From an uncultured bacterium (GTDB lineage Bacteria; Oederibacteriota; JAAXVQ01; JAUVAV01), in NCBI GenBank assembly GCA_963710755.1, contig CAVQBK010000003.1, forward strand, positions 1,248,001-1,312,000: DNA of 64,000 nucleotides, written 5' to 3'. The position numbers and the translations under genes were made by a program. The notes beneath the pieces are model-generated. The model had not been told where the DNA came from and made no database searches. It saw only the letters and a list, made by a program, of their open reading frames with translations. Shown here piece after piece: positions 1-15,000 of this stretch. Each line of letters opens with the position of its first letter. Position 1 is the stretch's first letter.

Positions 1-2
1 GC

Positions 3-3000
3 ATGCCCATGGTGAAATACGCCTTGGTGTTGCGTCGTCTGGGCCGGCAAACCCAGGCGGACATGAGCGCTTTTCCCAATTTGAATGTTTACCTCGAAAA
101 AGAGAAAAACGTTTTTCCCGTGGCGGTCAATGTGGATGCCCTCTATCTGGAAATGGACCGGCTCAACCGCCTCATACGGGAAAGCATGTACACCGATCCC
201 CGCCAACGCCAATTGGATCAACTACTACACCGGCTGGATCTGATGGAAAAATTGCTCAATGTTTCGGCCACGCCTGCGGAGCTGGCTGAATTCAATGCGG
301 ACCGGCAGAACTTTCATGTCAAACGTTTCCTTGAGTTCATACGGACAATTAATCCTGATGCGGATTACCTGCTCGATGCGGAAGTGAGCCAGCTGGATTA
401 TTACCTCACCAAAGTGGAACGCTTTTACGAAGTGGCTGACAAGCGCAGCGAACGGTTTGTAACCAATCTGCTCAAAGACATGCAGGCTTACCACCAAACC
501 ATTGCCGTCATGATCTCAGGCGGGTTCCACACCGAGGGCATTGCCCAACAACTGAAAGCGCGTGGTATCTCTTATGTGACGGTCATGCCCAAGGTCAACC
601 ATCAGGATATTGTTAACCCCTATTTCCAATTGCTGCAAAATCGCAAAACCCCGCTGGAACAATTGTTGGCCCAAAACCAGAATCTGATTGAGATTCCCTT
701 GAACAGCGTCGGGGTGGCCCCGGAAGACCGGTATAGGACGGTCAATGAACACAATATTAAACAAGTATCCCTTGATCAGCGTCCGGGCACGATTATGCGG
801 CTCAAAACCTTTATGAACTTGATTCAATTGATGGTCAATGTCTGCTTGGTTACATATTTAGTAGGCAAAGTTAAAGCTGGAAGTTTGTTGTCAATATATG
901 AAAAAACCAAGCTTGGCGATGGCCAGGCTGAAATTCCAGGTTATTTGGCGGAGTTTGCCGGGCTGGAAGTGGACAAAGGTGCTCTGGGCAAGGAGACCAT
1001 GACCCAATTACAGCAGGGCCGCCCGGTGATCCTGCCTGTATCAGGGGCTCATTTTGCCTTGGTTGTCGCCAAAAAAGACGTGATTAGGGAACCGGCCAAT
1101 TTGGGTCAGCCCATGCCGATTGGCGAGAACTATGATTTTGTGGCTGTGGCTGGAACCGATGTGCAGGCGCTGGGGCAAAAACTCTCCACCATGACTTCTC
1201 ATTCTTTTACCTTGTTGCCCCAGGCCGGGTTGAGCCGCCAGTTGGTTAATGTCATGATGCTGACCACCGGCGGGGGAATGATTTCAGCTGGTCTAAGTCT
1301 CAATCAGTTTGTTCAAGGTATGACCAACGGCCAGGGATTTTTACCCAATATCAATGAGTTGAAACAGCGGATGCAGCGTTGGACTTCACCTTTTAAGCCG
1401 GCCATCGGGCAGCTCAACCAGTGGGTACTCAATCATTTGCCGCTCATGGCCGGGCTGGGTGTGGTAGCGGTTGGCATGGGCCTGGCGATTTTCACCCCCA
1501 TGCCGGTAGTGGGATTAACAGGTTTTGTTTTGGCTGGAGTGGGCATGGCTTATTATAAAGCCCTGCTCTTAGCCGTTGGGACCCTATGGGGCAATAGAGC
1601 ACGTTATGTCAAAGCCGGCTTGGCCGTGGTCGTTCTTTCTATAGCTGGTGCCTGGTTTAGCGCAGCCCAAGCAGCCACCTCCGGTGTTTACACAGTCACC
1701 CAGGGCGACTACGCCGGGGCTGTGGCCATTAGATTGGGGGTGGCTCAGGAGCAATTAGCCAAACAAGTGCCCAATATTAATGTCATCAAGCCGGGCCAGC
1801 AATTCAACTTTATTACTGAAAAATCGTCTCAGGCCATTCAAAAGGCCAGGGCGCATGCCCAAGGACAGATTACCGTTGCTCAGGCTGAGCAACCAGAGGC
1901 CGAAGGTGCCCTAGAACCAACAGCCATCAAATCCGCAGCTCAGACTGACCAGGCAGAAGCAGCGGCCGCCGCTGCAGGTCGAACAGCAGACCATGGGCAA
2001 CAGCCAGCGGCCCAAGCGGGTAAGACAGTACCAGCAGCGCCTGCGGCAGCCGCAGCGCCGGCAAGCAATCAAGCACCAACTGCTGCAGCCCCGGCTGAAA
2101 CAGAGCCAGCAGCCCTGGCTTCTCAGGATAAAAGGGCGCAAACCGCTGAGTCAGAACCGGCCTCTGCTGAGCAAGCGCAGGACCAGAGCGCTTCAGCACC
2201 AGACCAAGCAGCACCGAGGGCTGAAATCGTTCAACCTGAAGAAGCCCAACCGTCAGCCCTTATGGCTTTCGTAAGCCGCGTTATGGGCAGCCTTACACAA
2301 TATGATATTTTAGCCTTGATGCTTAGCTTAATTGCTTTTGGCACCATTTCCTCCAAGGTGTCCAAGGGCTTTTTATCCAGGGTCAGAGCCAAAATTAGTC
2401 TGATCCAAGGCCAGCAACTGGATGTGGAAGAAACAGCGCTCATTAACCAATTGGTGCTCAAAAATGAGCAGCGGAAAGTGGTAAATGTCCGCCTTGATGA
2501 CCGCTTTGGTCTGGCTTTGCTGCGTCGTCCTGATTTTAGAGAAACATTAAAGTCAGCGGCAGCAGAGAATCTCTCTTTGCCAGCCAACATCTCCGTGACT
2601 TTCACGCTTGGAAAAAGTCTGCCCTGGCGCTATGTGGATCAACTGGTTAAAGATATAGAAGCGATTTTTCCGGAGCAGTCGCACTTCACCATTCTTTATC
2701 GCCATGGGCGCACCAATATCATTTATTTTAGTAATGAAGGGTCTCTTACTGAGAACGGGATTGCGCCCCGCGACTTATCAAATAAGATGCAAGCCCAAGC
2801 TCGATTTGAATCCAAACTAAAGGCATGGGAAAATTTCCTGCTTCATTTCAGCCATGGGCCTACGACCATTTTTGCTTTTCTGGTGACAGTTTTTGCTGGA
2901 GCTGTTTTTGTTCTTCCAGACAATACCCTTACCCATCTGTTCGCCGAAGGCACCGCCCAGGCCCAACGAGTGGTGCAACTGCTCTGGAGTTCTGATTGGA

Positions 3001-6000
3001 TGGGTTTATTAAAATCAACAGCTTTGACAGTAACTGCTCATCCCGGGATTACTGCTGCGGTGGCCATGCTGGTTGGGTTTTGGTACCTCTACCGCCAGGT
3101 GCCCAAATCCATGGTTAAAACGTTTTGGACCAAAGTCGTGTTTTCCACCGTAGCATTAATTAGAAATCTAGTCTTGCTGGCGCTGGCCATTTTTATCAGC
3201 TTTGAAGCCGTGCAGATGCATAAACCCCATCTCATCCAGTCCAATCAGCAAATTCAAAAGATAGAACAAGATTATTTTTGGAAGGATGTGTTTACCCAGG
3301 GCGCCCTGCCGAAAGGCATGGAAAAGTTTATGGGCCAGGAACATCTCCATGTTCAACAATATCCTGCCAAACTTCAGGAACAAGCCAAGGAAGTATTGTC
3401 CTGGACCAGTGATGCTGCTGTAGCACTGAATGCTAATATTAATGCTGCCTTGCAACAAAGAAACGATAACCTTGACAAAACAATTTGGCAAATGTCCCTT
3501 TATCTTGCCGGGCAAATTAAGGACCAAGGCTATTCCTTTTTAAGCGAACGTGCGGTGCATTATTTTGGTTTTGGGTTGGTTGATAATGGTTTGCTGAGGC
3601 TGGCATCAGACTTGAAGGGCAAAGTCATGCTTAAAAGGGGTTATGAGACCGGAACCCCCGATGTTTACTCTTTCCTGCCCGGGACATTTAGGGGACGTAG
3701 CCTTACCCAAGAGGGCACCTGGCAAGCGACCAATGATGACGGCCGCCTCAGCTTAAATGGCCGATTTACCACACCCGAAGGCCGCCAGGTCAGTAGCACT
3801 ATTGGTTTCCCCGGTACTGATCAGGCGTATGTGATCAGGCAGGATACTTATACGGGTACAGCTCCGGTCAGACAGCCGGGTTATCAGATGAATCTATTTG
3901 AAGCTGGAAAGTCGCCCAATTTTACCAACAGCCTATGGATCAAGGGTATGAAAGCCCCTCTCTCCGCACCAGGACACGTGTCTCCCGGCAAGTCTTTAGA
4001 TATTACCGATCTGATCAGAAAAAATAAGAGCACTCTTTTTATATATTCATTCGGCGAAGCGCTGGTGGTCAACATTCCCAATATGGACCAGGTGGCCCAA
4101 ATCAAGCTTTACGCTCCCACGCAGGAGGAAATCAATAGCGGCCAGACACCCATGACCTGGAAACGGCTGGAAATCATCTATAAAGATGGGGCAGTAACCC
4201 ACCAGGATGGTAACACAGTGCTTCCCAAGCTATATACCGGCCTGCTGGAAGGTAACCTAGTGTCTGCCCAGGACAATGATGCTATCCCCGATATGATTCA
4301 GAACCTGGTTGATGACTGGCTGCTGATGCTTTCCAATCCGGACCATGCCAAATACCGTGTCTGGGTTACCGGATATGATGAAATCGGTGTGGCCTCCAGC
4401 TTGGCCAAGGCTGCCCTTTACTTTGAAAGCATAGGAGATCAGGAAAAGGCCGCCTTGGCCAAAGATGCAGCCTTGCGTATCGGTGCCCATACCTATCAGA
4501 TTTACGCACAGACCAGGCTGCATCTCGATAATCTATTGGAAACCTATTCGGTGGGCATGTATTATCCCATGATGGTTACTTTGTACTATGAGTTGCACCA
4601 ACTGGATCCCCAGGGAGGCTGGATGGAAAAGTCCATTGCCGTGGCCGACCAACTGGTGCAGCGGCAGTATTTGCATCCCAACAGCAAGGATATTCACTAT
4701 GGGCTGACCACCATTACCAAGGCCAACCTCCCGGTCAAGCGCACGGTTGATGGGAAAAGCCTTACTTTCCAACGCGGCCCCTTAGGACAGCTGAAAACTA
4801 TATCCGATGATCAAAACAACGTCAGATTTAAGGGCGATGAAGAGGGGCTTACCATTTTAAGGGCCATGATGGATCAGCTTTACATGCGGCCTCATGCCAG
4901 TAATATTACCTATATTGAAGGGCGTCAGGGCCAACAATTGATCAACCAAGTGGAAGTACTTTTTCTAAGTAAAAAATACACCTTTTATTTCATATACAAT
5001 AATAAAGACCAACTTATTGAAATAGATTCACCCCAAGCCAAGGCAGCGTTTTTCGGCACCTTTAAGGATTTGGAAAATTTGCGGCTTATTCTCAATGGTG
5101 AGGGAGAAGAAAAAACCGAATTGTTCAACATCAAATCCGCCACCAGACCGGTCATTGATTTTTTCAAGGATGCCACCGGCAATATCTTCCGCATGCACTA
5201 TAATGAACTGGGAACCTTGGACAAGGTTACAGGACCAAATAATACAGATGTCACCGACCAATTCAAGAAAGATCCCATCATTCCAGCCTATGCCTTGTGG
5301 CCGTCAGGGGAATCACGTGGTGACCCCAAAGGCCGGCTGAGCGTGCAAGGCCAGGCTCTCAAGGCCTTGCGCGTGGCCTATCAAGAAGCTATGGATAATG
5401 GTGATCACAACCGGGCTGGAAAATATTTGCACGCGGCGGATCTTTTCATCCATCAAGGCCTCAAGGTCGGTCCTGACGGGACCTTTATCGGTTACAGTGA
5501 GTTGGATCCAAACTCCGGTGTACTGACAGAAGTGGAAGAGCTGCATAATGGTTTTGGCATTGCCGTACTGGCCGAAGGGTATGCAGCCTGGCAGGATGTC
5601 GTTCCTAAAGCCGCTGAAAAATTAGAAGTGGCCTTCAAGAATTTACATGACACCTACCAAACCTCCCAGGGTTTTGCCAAAAAAAAGGGGGAAGTAGCTG
5701 ATGCGGAAACCACGTTCAGTGCTGATTTAGCTTGGCTGGCAAGCCGGGGAAATCCCGCCTATCTCCATTGGGCTCAGCAATTAGGATTATCGAATTGGGG
5801 CTGGCTGATACCTTATATCCAGGACCGTTTGGATTTTCAAAGCAAGGGCATCGATCAAGAGAGCCTTAAGGTGAAATGGATAAGCCAAGAATCTTTCAAA
5901 TTGAGTTGGAAGCCTGTGCTGGGTGCCAGTATTTTCCAGATCCAGGAACAGTACTGGGATGAAGAGAATCAACGCTGGGCCTTGACCGAAGCCGCCAAAG

Positions 6001-9000
6001 ACCAGCCCCAACAACTCTGGAGCGGTGTGCCGGAAGTAGTCATTGAAAAACCGCTGAAAGGGCTTTATCGCTATACCATCACCCCTTATCGTGTGCCTGA
6101 TAAACAACAATTGGGGCCTATAGGCGGGCCGGGGTTGTATGGCGGCCGCGGCCAGGCGGCTGTCATCAAAGTGCAGACCCAAAATATTAAGATCGAGCCG
6201 CCGGAAGGGCCGATCATTATTACCAACACACCCAATGGCAGCCTGGTCACCTTGGATTTCAATGGTGATGTGGTTTCCTTGTCCTATAAAAAAGAAGCCT
6301 TTCCCCAAGTACGCGGCTGGGAATGGGAGTTCTATGACGGTCCCTATTACGAGGGCAAAGAACCGGTTGGTGTTTATAGAACTGAGCATGACACTATTCA
6401 CTTAACCCAGTTGCCTTTCAAACTCGAAGCCAATCATCAATATTATGCGCGGGTTCACGGCTTTACTGGTGTTAGGGGAGAAAAGGGCACGCCCGATTAT
6501 TTTGGCTTTAATGGTTTCCAACTTGATTATAAGCCGCTTACGCATGGTCAAGGGGTTGTCCATAAGCCCCTTCCTTCCGGGCCCATTGAAGCTTTTGCTT
6601 ATGATCACGATACACATATGCTGAGCTGGCAGGGCCTGGCTCCCAACTATACGGTTATCACCTGGCAGGGAGACCCCAACCCTCAAGCTGCTTATTTTAG
6701 GAAAAATGTGCGTACTTATGACGTCACCGGAAGCACAAATAATGAAATAGAATTGATATACCCGTGCGACCACGTGATGATTGTTGGATCCAACACCAGC
6801 GGTCCTTTTGGCGTAACCGGAGAATCTTCAGGAGCCATAGCAGTTGATGCCATGGATATTCCGCCCTATGAGGGCATTGTTCTGACCGCCAAGGATATTG
6901 AAATTAAGGGCAATAAAGTGATGATTAAGGACAGGGTGGTCAAAGCCTTGCCTGAAAATGCGGTGGTCAGGGTGAATTTGTTCAATCCCTTTTTGGAGGG
7001 CAAATCTTTTCATTCAGTGGTACTCGACAATCTCAAGCAAGAACCTTATTTTTATTTGAGCGGTACAGAGGTCATCGATGAGCTGACGGCCACCAAGGGC
7101 AATATTGGCCTCAGCTTTACCGTGGGGTTGAGAGATGATTTGAATGATTCGACCCTCTACTCCAGCGAAGCCTTATCCCTGAAGATTACTATCAATCAAC
7201 AAGACTTGCAGCGCCTGATGATGGACCCTATGATTAAGATCAATGCAGACCAAATCACCTTTGACGGAAAAACAATCTTTTTTCCCAGCGTCCATGGCAT
7301 GGACATCAGCCGGGTGGTGGTTAAAAATGCTCTCGGAGTACCGGTCAAGGACACACTGGTAACGCCGGGGAACAATGTGGGGGCGCTGCCCATCGCGGGT
7401 ATCGATTTAGCCGGGTCCAAATTTTTTACGGTGGAAGTCTATGCCGGGTGGCATGCAACCAAAAAATTTACGGTGTTCAACCGCAACCCCGCGGTCCGGC
7501 GCTTTGATCTGACCCACCAGGCTTTGGGGGCCATCAGCCAGCAAAAGGAACAACAGTTATTGCAGGCCACCAACCGGTTAATTCGCGACGGCAAAATCAC
7601 GGTTGGTCCCTTGGTAGGCCATGGGCAGCAAGGTCAAGCCGTTACGCTCAGGAATGCGCCTTATGATATTAATTTTAGGGATGCCTTTAAGCATGCGTCC
7701 GCGTATAAAGTAGCGGTGTATGACAATGATGGAAAATTGGTTGATACCTTTAACCTTGAAAAACCGCTTGATCCCAGAATAGCCATTCTTTCCCTCAGAG
7801 GCCAGAAAGTGGCGCGAGCTGCGGCTCGGGGACCGCTTTACTTAAAACTCTGCCCTGGTTATATCTACCAAGGTGCTACTGTATACACCTCCAAGGGCGT
7901 GCTTTGGCCCAAACGGGTCAGCATCGACCCAGCCCTGATTCCTCATCTGACCAGTCGGGAAATTAACCAAGCCCTGAAAGAGCTCAAAGTCCGAGTGCAA
8001 GGAAACCAGGTATTTTTCGATCTTCGATCCGGGGAATTAAATACCAAGGGTTATAGGGTTGAATTGTGGTACGGCAACGAACGAAAGATTAAAGACGAGA
8101 GAATATCTTACAATCAAGCTTTTTTCTTTCTCATGGGAAGTGACATTAAACAAGCCGTTCAGGAGGGGAAGCTGGTTTTTAGGGTTTATGCAGCCAAAAA
8201 GGAAAGCGGCATTTTTGTTGCCGCTGATGATCAGACGGCTCATCGTACCATCAAGGCGGTGGAACTTGGCCTCACCCCTGACAAGGCCAAGGACATTCCT
8301 GAAATGACGGCTGTCTTGGCAGATCAATTGTTAACCAAAATTGAGGTCAATAAGATAAAGTTGACCCAGGATAACCGTCAGATCGTCATTCCCACCACTC
8401 TGGATAATGGTTTTGTAAAGGTGATTATTTACGACAAGACCGGCCGCCAGATCACAGATAAAATCATTCACGTGGCTAAAGGCGAAGACATCAAACTTTC
8501 ACAGGAACTTTTTCAGTATGAGAACAATCCTTTTTCATCTGCTTTCGGACCTTTGACCATTACCCTTCAAGCTGGATTAAATGAGGATTTCCTCAGGCCT
8601 GAATTAAGAAAAGCCTTGGATGACAACCCCAATTTAATAAAGTGGAATTGGAACGCTTATTTTACCACCCAGACTGTGCGTATCCGTGTCAACTTATCGC
8701 AGGATGGGAAAATCAAATCCGTTAAAAAATTACCACGGTCCCAACCCGCTGTTCCTGAGACTGAAAATACCGGTTATATGCTCAGCTGGCAGCCGCCCTC
8801 ATGGAAAACGCTCCAGCAAATGGGCGCACGAACACCGGAAGACTTTGACGGCTACCGGTTGATCCTTAAAACCGACCAAGGTGAGACCATTAAAAGAGAC
8901 ATCGACAAAGATTATCCTTATTTTTCCTTAATCAATGTTTTGCCGGAAGGCATCAAGTATTCCTATGAAGTACAGGTCAAAATACGCGGGAAAGCCCAGG

Positions 9001-12000
9001 GCGATTTCACGGCCTGGAGCAGCTTCTCGCCTTTGGTGGCCAAGGGGCCGGCACCGGTCGATCCCAATTTGCAGGGGACCCAACCAACCGGCTGGGTGAT
9101 CAATGCGGTGGAGACCACGCCTTCTGAGCAACAACAAGAAAGACGTAAGATTGTGGATGTGGTCATTACAGCGGGCGGTATGGTGGTGTTGGTGCCCAAA
9201 GATTCTGATGCCAGTGATTTTCATTTCCCCGGATATACCGAAGCGGTTTTTAAACTGGGGGAAGAGGTTTATCCCATCGGCCGGACGCAAAAACTTTCCA
9301 AACCTTCGGCTGCCAAGCAAGGGCTTCATGGACAGGAAGTTTTTGCCTCTGATGATGGCCGATTGCGGTATTTGGTAAACCATGTCGCGCTGCCTGAAAA
9401 GAATGTGGTGGTTAATCATTATGCCTGGGAGAATCCAGACCAACAGGGCCCCATTGAAATGAATATTGGTGCCCGTCCGGCTAACAGCGCCGGCAAGGCA
9501 CAGGCAGGAAAAGTAACGGTGGGTGATAAAACCTATGTGGTGATTTTGTTCGGTAATGGTCAATTCATGGCTGTAGACGAAGCCACGGTGGTGCAAAGGG
9601 GCTGGTACGTGGGCAATGAAATGCAGGCCGCCCTAAACGATGATAAAAAAGCCAACCGAAACGAGCACTACACCGGCCATGGTGAAGGCTCGGTCTTTTT
9701 TATTTCCTTACCTAAAGGAGAAGATTTTTCCGTTTACTCCGGCCTGGCCAAAACCATGGATCAGGCAGGGCAATTAGTGGAAAAAGCCACCGCCTATTAT
9801 CAGAATTTTCAAGACCTGCAACAAAGCTTTAGAACACACGGTCCGACGTTGGGAAATCTCCAAACCATGGCCCAGCGAACCGTGCCGGCCTTTATTAATC
9901 CTCAAAATTATCATGTGGGCGAACTGCCGCTGTCATGGACAGGCGGCGATCTACCCAATATCAACCATGCCGACAACATGTGGACCGGTAATGCTTCGGA
10001 AATGCAAATGATGTTATGGCAGCTTTATCAATTATACGGGAATATCCGACTTGGCGATTACACGGTGGAAGAATTGCTGGCCAACAATGCCAAGGTGATT
10101 ACTCAAATGCAAACCCCCACGGGATTGTTCTACTTGCGCTTGAGCCGGGGCATGAGGCTTTATAAAAATGACGAAGGCGGCCAGGTGGCGGACAACAGCT
10201 TAAGTTTGATTATCATGAATGATCAGGATGTCTTGCGAATGCTACAGGGTTACGAGCCTTTGCCTGTAGCCAGCATTGGGGGAATTGAGTTGGCTGTTGA
10301 CGGCCGGAAAGTTCATCCCAATGATGCTTCCCAATACGGCTTCAATTACAAGGAACCCGATTCCTTTAAACCCGATCAACCGGTTATGACTATCCAGCGC
10401 TTTTTTGATTTACGCAGTGGCAGCGGCCAGCATCGTGTTACTGAAAAGGCGACCCTTATCAATGGTATCCGGGGCGTGAAACAAGCCATTGAAGTCACCA
10501 ATACCTCGGAAAAACCAATTCGGCTGACCAAGATGAAAACGGGTTATGTGGATCTGGCAGCTGATCAGTCAGTAACCTTTAATCCACAAAAACTGGCCGG
10601 CATTCCCCAAAGTCCCAATATGATGATCATTCCCGGCTATGATAAGCCGATCTATGCCCAAGATCTGCTCAATGAAGGCAGGGCTAAGCAGCTTCAGGGC
10701 GATGACCTGGTTAAGTATGTCAATGACCGGATCAATGACCTGATTAAACAAGCAGGCGCCAAGAACCTTGTTTTTGCAGGATGGGATGAATTTATTACCA
10801 TGCGTTTTGGGGAACTAAAACCCAATCAACGCCTTGAAGTGGGGGTGGGGATAAGCCCCTTGCGTGCCAATCAACGGGTCAATGAGTTTCTCACGGCCCG
10901 GGTGGTGACCGATATTCCTGAAGACCAGCAAGAACTACAACCGGGTCAAACTTGGGAGGGTGACCCTGTTACTTATGCTCACTTTTTTAATCCTGTTTCC
11001 GTGGTGGACGCAAAAGGCATGCCCGTGGAAATCTATCTTGTTCATGAATGGGAAAAGCGCATGGAAATTTTGGAAGATCCCCATGCCACGGAAGCGCAAA
11101 AAAAAGAAGTCCTTGATGCCATTGCCTTTGATACCAACTATGGTTTTGCAGCTGATGCCTTGGCCATGGGCGCTACCAGCGACTTTTACAAAAACATGGC
11201 TGAAAATGCAAAAGACCCCCAAAAGAAAAAGGAATACTTGGACCAGGCCCGTTTCTATGGCGACCGGGTCATGTTGGCGGCCATGGCGGCCAAGCAGGCT
11301 TATTGGACGGCGTTGTTCAACAAAAACACGGTCTTGTCAGCCGGGATCATGCGTTTTTACGGTTATCATTTCTGGCTCTTCCAATGGATGGACCAGTATG
11401 CCAACAGCGAGCTGGGCCAAGGCGCGGTGGGCCGTATCCTGGAGGATAAGTTTGTCAATCCCCATGCCAAGGAATGGTTCAAGCAATTAAAGCAGGAAGG
11501 GCAATGGCCCAAACAAATTAAAGACCATCTGGAGTTGAAACTGGATGAACTGGCCCGGTATGTTCATAACCACGGTGAAGTCGGCCGTGAAAAGGTTTAT
11601 GACGTCATTAAAAACAGAACCTATGAAGATTCCTGGAAAGGGTGGGCCTATTTTATTTCGGATATGATCGTGGCTTTAGAGGAAACCCGAGAAAACGCGG
11701 TTGAAGGCGGGGCCCGCCAAAATGAAGGTCCATCGGAAGTTCAACTTGATGATCAAGGGGTTAAAGTGGCCGTGGTGGCTCAGGCTTATGCCATGGCTAA
11801 AAATGATTCCAACCCCGCCAACTTTGATACCAATCGCAAGCGCATGGCTGAATATAAGGCCTTTGCCGAGCGGGCTATTAGCAAATGGTTCCATATCGTT
11901 GAAAAAGGCGATGTTGGCCAGTTGTGGGGCTTTAGAAATTTGGTAGCTCCCCAACATTTTGATAATCAGTTGACCACCTATGGTCAAGTTAATGCTATGC

Positions 12001-15000
12001 GAGGTCTGGTAATGACTTCTATTATTTTTGGTGACGAAATGCCCCGAGCCAAAAAGTTGCTTGATCTGGCGTTTGAAAACTTGTTTGAACGTCACAAGGG
12101 CGCCACGGAAACCACCATTTTCAGGACTTTAGGGTTGACCATTTTTGACAATTTGCAGTTGCCCACCAATGGCCATGATACGAACAGTGAAAATTTGCCC
12201 ATTGGCATGCAAATGATGCTGATTCATGCCGCTCATCAGGCAGGCATGGATCTTGATCCCAACAATCCGCTGCAATTTAACCGTGAAACCGGCAAACCCT
12301 TTTTGGCTGGATTGCCGCAAGTGGATAATTATCCCGACAGTTTCTGGGTGGCCCTGGGCGGGTTGGCCTTTATTCTGATGGGTTTTGGCGGGGGTGCGGT
12401 TGCCTGGAATTATCTTAACAGACGCAAAGCCGATAAGCGCATTGAAGAGGACCAGCCTATCGCCAAGGTGGACGGCAAATCGCTCACGGACTTGACCTAT
12501 GACGACTTCAAAGCTTTTTTACCAGCCGAAGTGCTGGACACTTGGTTAAATCCCCAGGCTGTGCCTACTAATCAACTCAATGACCCGCGATCGCTGCCGC
12601 AGTTTTTGAACTGGAAGCGGAGCAATCAAATCTTTGACCCGCGCCAAGCACTGCTGCTGCTGGCCGAGCGCCTGGAAAGTGAACAAAAAGGCAAGGAAAA
12701 TCTCAGACTGAAAACATTGTTGGGAAACCTTGGAGGCATTAAAATGCCCGCTCATATGCGCGGATTGCAATGGGATAAAAATATGCTGGTATCCAGCGGC
12801 AAGGCTTCGCGAGCTACGGTGGCTGCGGTTTACAGAGCTGCAGGGGCAGTGCTTGCCAATTATTTAGGCGATCAGGCAGATGACCAGTCGGTTCGTCGAC
12901 TTTTAGCTGAGATTGACGCCTTGTTACAAAAAACGCAAATACATAAAGAACAAACTAAGGCGGCTGGAGCTGTCACTCAGGCAAATGGGCTTGAAAAACA
13001 ACCACCCACTATGTTAAATCAGGGCCAACAATTGGAAAAAACTTTTGACATTACCAGCCCTGTTATTCAAAGCATTCAAGCCCGGCTCGACCAAGTTCAA
13101 ACCCAGCCGTTGACCCAACGGGGTTGGTTCCACTGGCTCATGGGGCAGCAGCAGAAAGCCATCAAAAAGTGGCTGGCCACTATGCTCAGCTCGCCGCCTT
13201 TTAATTTCCGCCCCTTCTTAATGGTTCCTTTCCTGCCCTGGCGTTTGGAACAGTCCTATACCATGCCCGGTCAGCATTACATGATCATTATGAAAACCCT
13301 GGAACGGCGTATTAAATACCTGACCAAAATTTATGATTACCTGGCCGGCGTCTATAAAGTTAACCGCCAAATTAAGGCGTTGCATAAACAACACGACCGT
13401 TTGGAAGATATCTTTTATCAAGCCGGCCGCCAACCGGACGTTAATCAAACTCGGTTGATGCAATTGAACCAGGAATTAACCCTGAAGAAAAAAGAGATTG
13501 AGATTGCTGAAGCCCTGCGTGATGAAATTCAGAAAACCATCCAGGACCAGGTAAGTACGCCTCTGGTCAGGTTTATGGAGACTCTTCCCGAGGACACCAA
13601 GTGGGCCACTCGTATTGAGGGAAATCTTTCCCGGACCATTAAGGACTATGAAAAAGATCAAGTATTGATAGATCGGAAAATAGCCCAGGCTCAACCTGAA
13701 ACTTTGACGCAAACCATTTTGGGCTGGTTAAAACTGACCGAAGTTTTTAAAAGAGCCCAAAAAGAAGCCAATGCCAAAAACGCAACCAGCTTCAAGGCCC
13801 GCTTCCTGAATAGCCTTTTAGCAGCCCCTTACGCTAACAAGGAAGCCGTGGCGTTGCTGGAACGGGCAGAACTTACGGCCACAGCTTTGTTGCCCTATCT
13901 GGTTCGACAGTTATTGGAAGTGGAAAAAAGCTACCAAGACCGGCTCAAAACCTTGCAAGACCAAATCAGCGAACTTAGTGAAAAGAATAAAGATGTCCGC
14001 GAGCTTGATACGATGAGCATGCAGGTTCGCTTGCTCGAAACCTACTTGCTGCCAAAAATTCATCAGCAGCTTGAAAAAAACTATGCTGATTATCAAAAGG
14101 AAAAAGATACGCTGACAGAAAAGTTGGCAACCGCCTCAACAGCGGAAGAAAGAACCGCGCTGCAATCTGAACTGGATGCACTGAAGATCATTCTGGACGC
14201 TTTTCCGAGACTGGGCGCTTTCCATTTAGCCATGGATCAGGATTTGGCCGCTCACTTGGCTGAGCTTGATAAGCAATTGAAAAATACACAGAGAAATTTC
14301 ACCACTTTCGATATTGATGAACAAACCCTTTATCAATTGAATGAACACTATACCTTGCTCAATACTTTGGGGGCCAAAATCAAAGACATCAAGGGCCGCC
14401 GTGATCAGTTGGTTGCCGCGGCTGAGACATTAAACATGCCTGTTTCCAACTTCACCTTGGGGCACCGTCTGGGCTCGAACGTTATTGGTAAAGCCCGTGA
14501 GAAGATGGAATTTTTATTCCAGCAGATTGAAAATTACGACGGTGTCCTGAAGGATATTGATGATGCCCGGGCTGCGACCAAAAAGCGTTTGTCTCAAATT
14601 AAAGCTTTTACCCAGTCCCGTTTATACTACTTGACCATGATGACTGATGGCGTCTTGTCTGATGCCTATGATATTACCAATTTCTGGAGAGACAACCAAC
14701 TGCAAACGGATAATGCGGTTGCCAGGGATTATTTTGAAAATGCCATTCTTAGATCTTTGGATCCCGATGAAATGATCAAAGCCTTGAATATTAACATTAA
14801 AAAGGGATTGAAAGAAAGTGATGGTGAGTTTAAGAAACGCGTTGCCGCAACCATCGCCAAGACTGCGGAAGAGATGGACCATCAACAACGGATCGAAGTG
14901 GTGAAATCCTACCTTAATCGTTTGAACGACAGCCAGATCCGGGATTTAATCAGAAACATTCTTTATGATAACAATCTTTATGAAGATAACACCATAGGCA

